Positions 29,678 through 32,000 of a stretch of DNA of 32,000 nucleotides are shown piece by piece. The stretch is from a cyanobacterium endosymbiont of Epithemia clementina EcSB. GTDB lineage: Bacteria > Cyanobacteriota > Cyanobacteriia > Cyanobacteriales > Microcystaceae. Location of the stretch: positions 85,110 to 117,109 of the forward strand of contig NZ_CP123991.1 in the NCBI RefSeq assembly GCF_029919255.1, written 5' to 3'. Under the pieces are notes generated by a model, which worked only from the letters and a program-made list of their open reading frames with translations, ran no database searches and was not told the DNA's origin. The position numbers were made by a program, and so were the translations under genes. How positions within the stretch are numbered: position 1 is the first letter of the stretch; each line of letters starts with the position of its first letter.

Positions 29678-31039
29678 ATGAAAATTTCAGCTGAAGGAAA
29701 CACCAATTCTCGTCAATTAGCTTTATTAATTCTCAAAGAAATTGAACAAAGAGGAGCTTATACTTGTGTTGCCCTTGACCACGCTTTCAACCGAACTAAT
29801 TTCGATCTAAGTGATCGTGCCCTAGTCACAGAATTGGTCTACGGTATTGTCCGACGACGGCGTACCTTAGATACTTTAATTGATCAACTAGGCAAGAAAT
29901 CTGTCCATCAACAACCACCTAATCTTCGTTTAATACTACATCTTGGCCTTTATCAATTACGCTATCTTAGTCATATTCCCGTATCGGCAGCCGTTAACAC
30001 CAGTGTTGACCTAGCCAAAAAAAATCATTTACTACCCCTTTCAGGAGTAGTAAATGGCATACTGCGTCACTATATCCGTCTGAGTGAGACTAAGATTGAT
30101 CCTTTAACCTTACCTGATCACCCTATTGAAAAATTGGGTATTCTCTATAGTTTTCCTGATGAGATCATCGAACTTTGGTTGCAGCAATTTGGGGAAGACA
30201 CTACCGCCCAGCTGTGTAAATGGTTTAACCAACCTCCCCATCTTGATCTGCGGATTAATCCTTTGACAACTACTCTAGAAACCGTTGAAGCGCATTTGAG
30301 GCAAGCTAACATCAAAGTGATAAATCTAGAAGATGTTTGTCAAGGATTAAGATTAAGTGGAAAAACTGGAGCTATTAAAGAATTACCAGGGTTTAAAGAA
30401 GGATGGTGGACTGTACAAGATAGTAGTGCGCAATTAGTAACCCATTTACTTGATCCTCAACCATCAGAAGTAATTATTGATGCCTGTGCTGCCCCTGGAG
30501 GAAAAACTACTCATATCGCTGAATTAATGCAAGATCGAGGGATAATTTTTGCTTGTGATCGCACTCCATCAAGATTGAATAAACTCAAAGCTAATGCCCA
30601 ACGATTACACCTAAAGTCCATTAGAATCGTCACAGGGGATAGCCGTCAATTCAACCAATTCACTGAAATGGCTGATCGGGTTTTATTAGATGCTCCCTGT
30701 TCAGGGCTAGGAACCTTACATCGACATCCTGAAATTCGTTGGCGACATAATCCCGAAAAAGTCCGACAGCTATCGAAATTACAGCAAGAGTTATTAGAGA
30801 GAACGGCAAACTGGGTAAAACCCCAAGGAGTCTTAGTTTATGCTACTTGTACCCTTAATTGTTTAGAAAATGAATTGATTATAAAACAGTTTCTCGATAC
30901 CCATACGACTTGGTATATTGAACCACCATCACCCGATTCGCCCTTGTGTAATTGGGTAACTTCATTAGGATGGATACAAATTTTGCCCCATCAGCGTCAA
31001 ATGGATGGCTTTTTTCTGGTGAAGTTAAAGAAAGGTTGA
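29678..31039 (+). CDS. rsmB: 16S rRNA (cytosine967-C5)-methyltransferase RsmB (Sun)
   Basis: 453 aa with an N-terminal NusB-like domain, SAM motif DACAAPGGKT, and the catalytic Cys motifs LLDAPCSGLGT and VYATCT. Confidence 0.9.
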   Translation: MKISAEGNTNSRQLALLILKEIEQRGAYTCVALDHAFNRTNFDLSDRALVTELVYGIVRRRRTLDTLIDQLGKKSVHQQPPNLRLILHLGLYQLRYLSHIPVSAAVNTSVDLAKKNHLLPLSGVVNGILRHYIRLSETKIDPLTLPDHPIEKLGILYSFPDEIIELWLQQFGEDTTAQLCKWFNQPPHLDLRINPLTTTLETVEAHLRQANIKVINLEDVCQGLRLSGKTGAIKELPGFKEGWWTVQDSSAQLVTHLLDPQPSEVIIDACAAPGGKTTHIAELMQDRGIIFACDRTPSRLNKLKANAQRLHLKSIRIVTGDSRQFNQFTEMADRVLLDAPCSGLGTLHRHPEIRWRHNPEKVRQLSKLQQELLERTANWVKPQGVLVYATCTLNCLENELIIKQFLDTHTTWYIEPPSPDSPLCNWVTSLGWIQILPHQRQMDGFFLVKLKKG

Positions 31040-31100
31040 TAGAACCTCTATTTGCTTACAAAGTCCTTCATTATAGAAATAGAAAAAATTGGAATTGACC

Positions 31101-31514
31101 ATGAAAAGTGCTCAGAAGAAAAAACAACTCCTCAAAATTTTGATTGGTGCTGCTTGGATTGACGGATTAATCCAGAAAGAAGAACGAGATTATTTAAACA
31201 AGATGATAGCTACTCAGGGTCTTGCCGATGATCAAGAAATCGCTGCTCTTTTATCTGAACTTAAGCCAGTTCAACCCAGTCAGTGTTACCAATGGTTAGA
31301 AGAGTATTTAGGAGGTCATCCCACTACTAAAGATTATCAAAAATTACTTGAATCTATTAGTGGTTTAATTTATAGTGACGGTGATGTACAGATGCAAGAA
31401 GCTCAATTATTGACTAAATTACAATTGCTTGATCCGTCACAAGATTCTTCTAAATCTTCTTTTGAGAAAATACTGAAAACTATTCAAAAGTTATATAAAA
31501 AGGCTATTAGCTAA
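31101..31514 (+). CDS. TerB-like (tellurite-resistance TerB/DjlA-N-type) domain protein
   Basis: 137 aa from the ATG at 31101. It shows two TerB-like helix pairs, ILIGAAWIDGLIQKEERDYLNKM and LIYSDGDVQMQEAQLLTKL. The ORF track begins at an upstream TTG (31089). Confidence 0.5.
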   Translation: MKSAQKKKQLLKILIGAAWIDGLIQKEERDYLNKMIATQGLADDQEIAALLSELKPVQPSQCYQWLEEYLGGHPTTKDYQKLLESISGLIYSDGDVQMQEAQLLTKLQLLDPSQDSSKSSFEKILKTIQKLYKKAIS

Positions 31515-32000
31515 AAAATAATTAAGAGTGAAAACTATCGATTAATAATCTTAATTATCAATAATACAATTAATTTCTTGACTATACAAACAACAACCAC
31601 AGTCTATTCATTTTAGTAAAGCCCTATTTTAGATACGATGAGGTTAACAATTACTCCAAACAGTAACCGTTAATATTTAAGACTATAGTTGTTGTGTAAA
31701 AACATCAGGAAATAAAGCCAATTTATCCTTTTAACCCTCTCTTAATTTCTGGTTAAAGGGTGGATTCTCTATAGAAAATAAGTCAAAAAAGAAGTTAACA
31801 ACTATAGCTTTAAATATTTCGATTCATCAAATGTTCAATCCAAGAAATATTTTTGAGTTAATCGTTAATTGTTTTAATACCAAAATATTAATAATATTCT
31901 ATTTTATTAATTAGTTTCATTAACTTTCGTTTCATCTTCTGTTAATGATAGGTAATTACTTAATTTTTTAAAATAAATATTGGATTTAGATTGATTATAT

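Overview
This is a strongly AT-rich cyanobacterial chromosome segment. The protein set looks unicellular and Cyanothece/Crocosphaera-like: FtsQ-FtsZ ending in ..[14 protein letters not shown], HemH, HisH, RecJ, RsmB/RsmD/PrmC and Tic22-like proteins. I support 21 intact-looking CDS and one tRNA-Pro(UGG), about 19.3 kb or roughly 60% of the window. The remainder consists of five recognisable pseudogenes and one transposase relic. The pseudogenes are a MATE efflux pump, a Wzz/GumC chain-length determinant, pyruvate kinase, a SAM methyltransferase and one unidentified gene; the relic is ISL3-like. There are also several 0.7-1.4 kb gene-free stretches that are extremely AT-rich. This pattern fits an obligate endosymbiont in mid-stage genome reduction, such as a diatom spheroid body or a UCYN-A relative, but that is inference only and was not verified by any search. 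I found no rRNA, no CRISPR array, no defence island and no convincing novel multi-gene system. The points most worth a second look are: (1) the graded series of gene decay; (2) a ferrochelatase whose C-terminal chlorophyll-binding (CAB) motif appears to be lost; (3) a tandem pair of Tic22-like periplasmic proteins; (4) a retained GT39 plus PAP2 envelope module next to a dead Wzz gene; (5) a few perfect GC-containing hairpins preserved inside otherwise decayed AT-rich spacers. All coordinates and translations were done by eye from the sequence and the ORF track. No database search was run.
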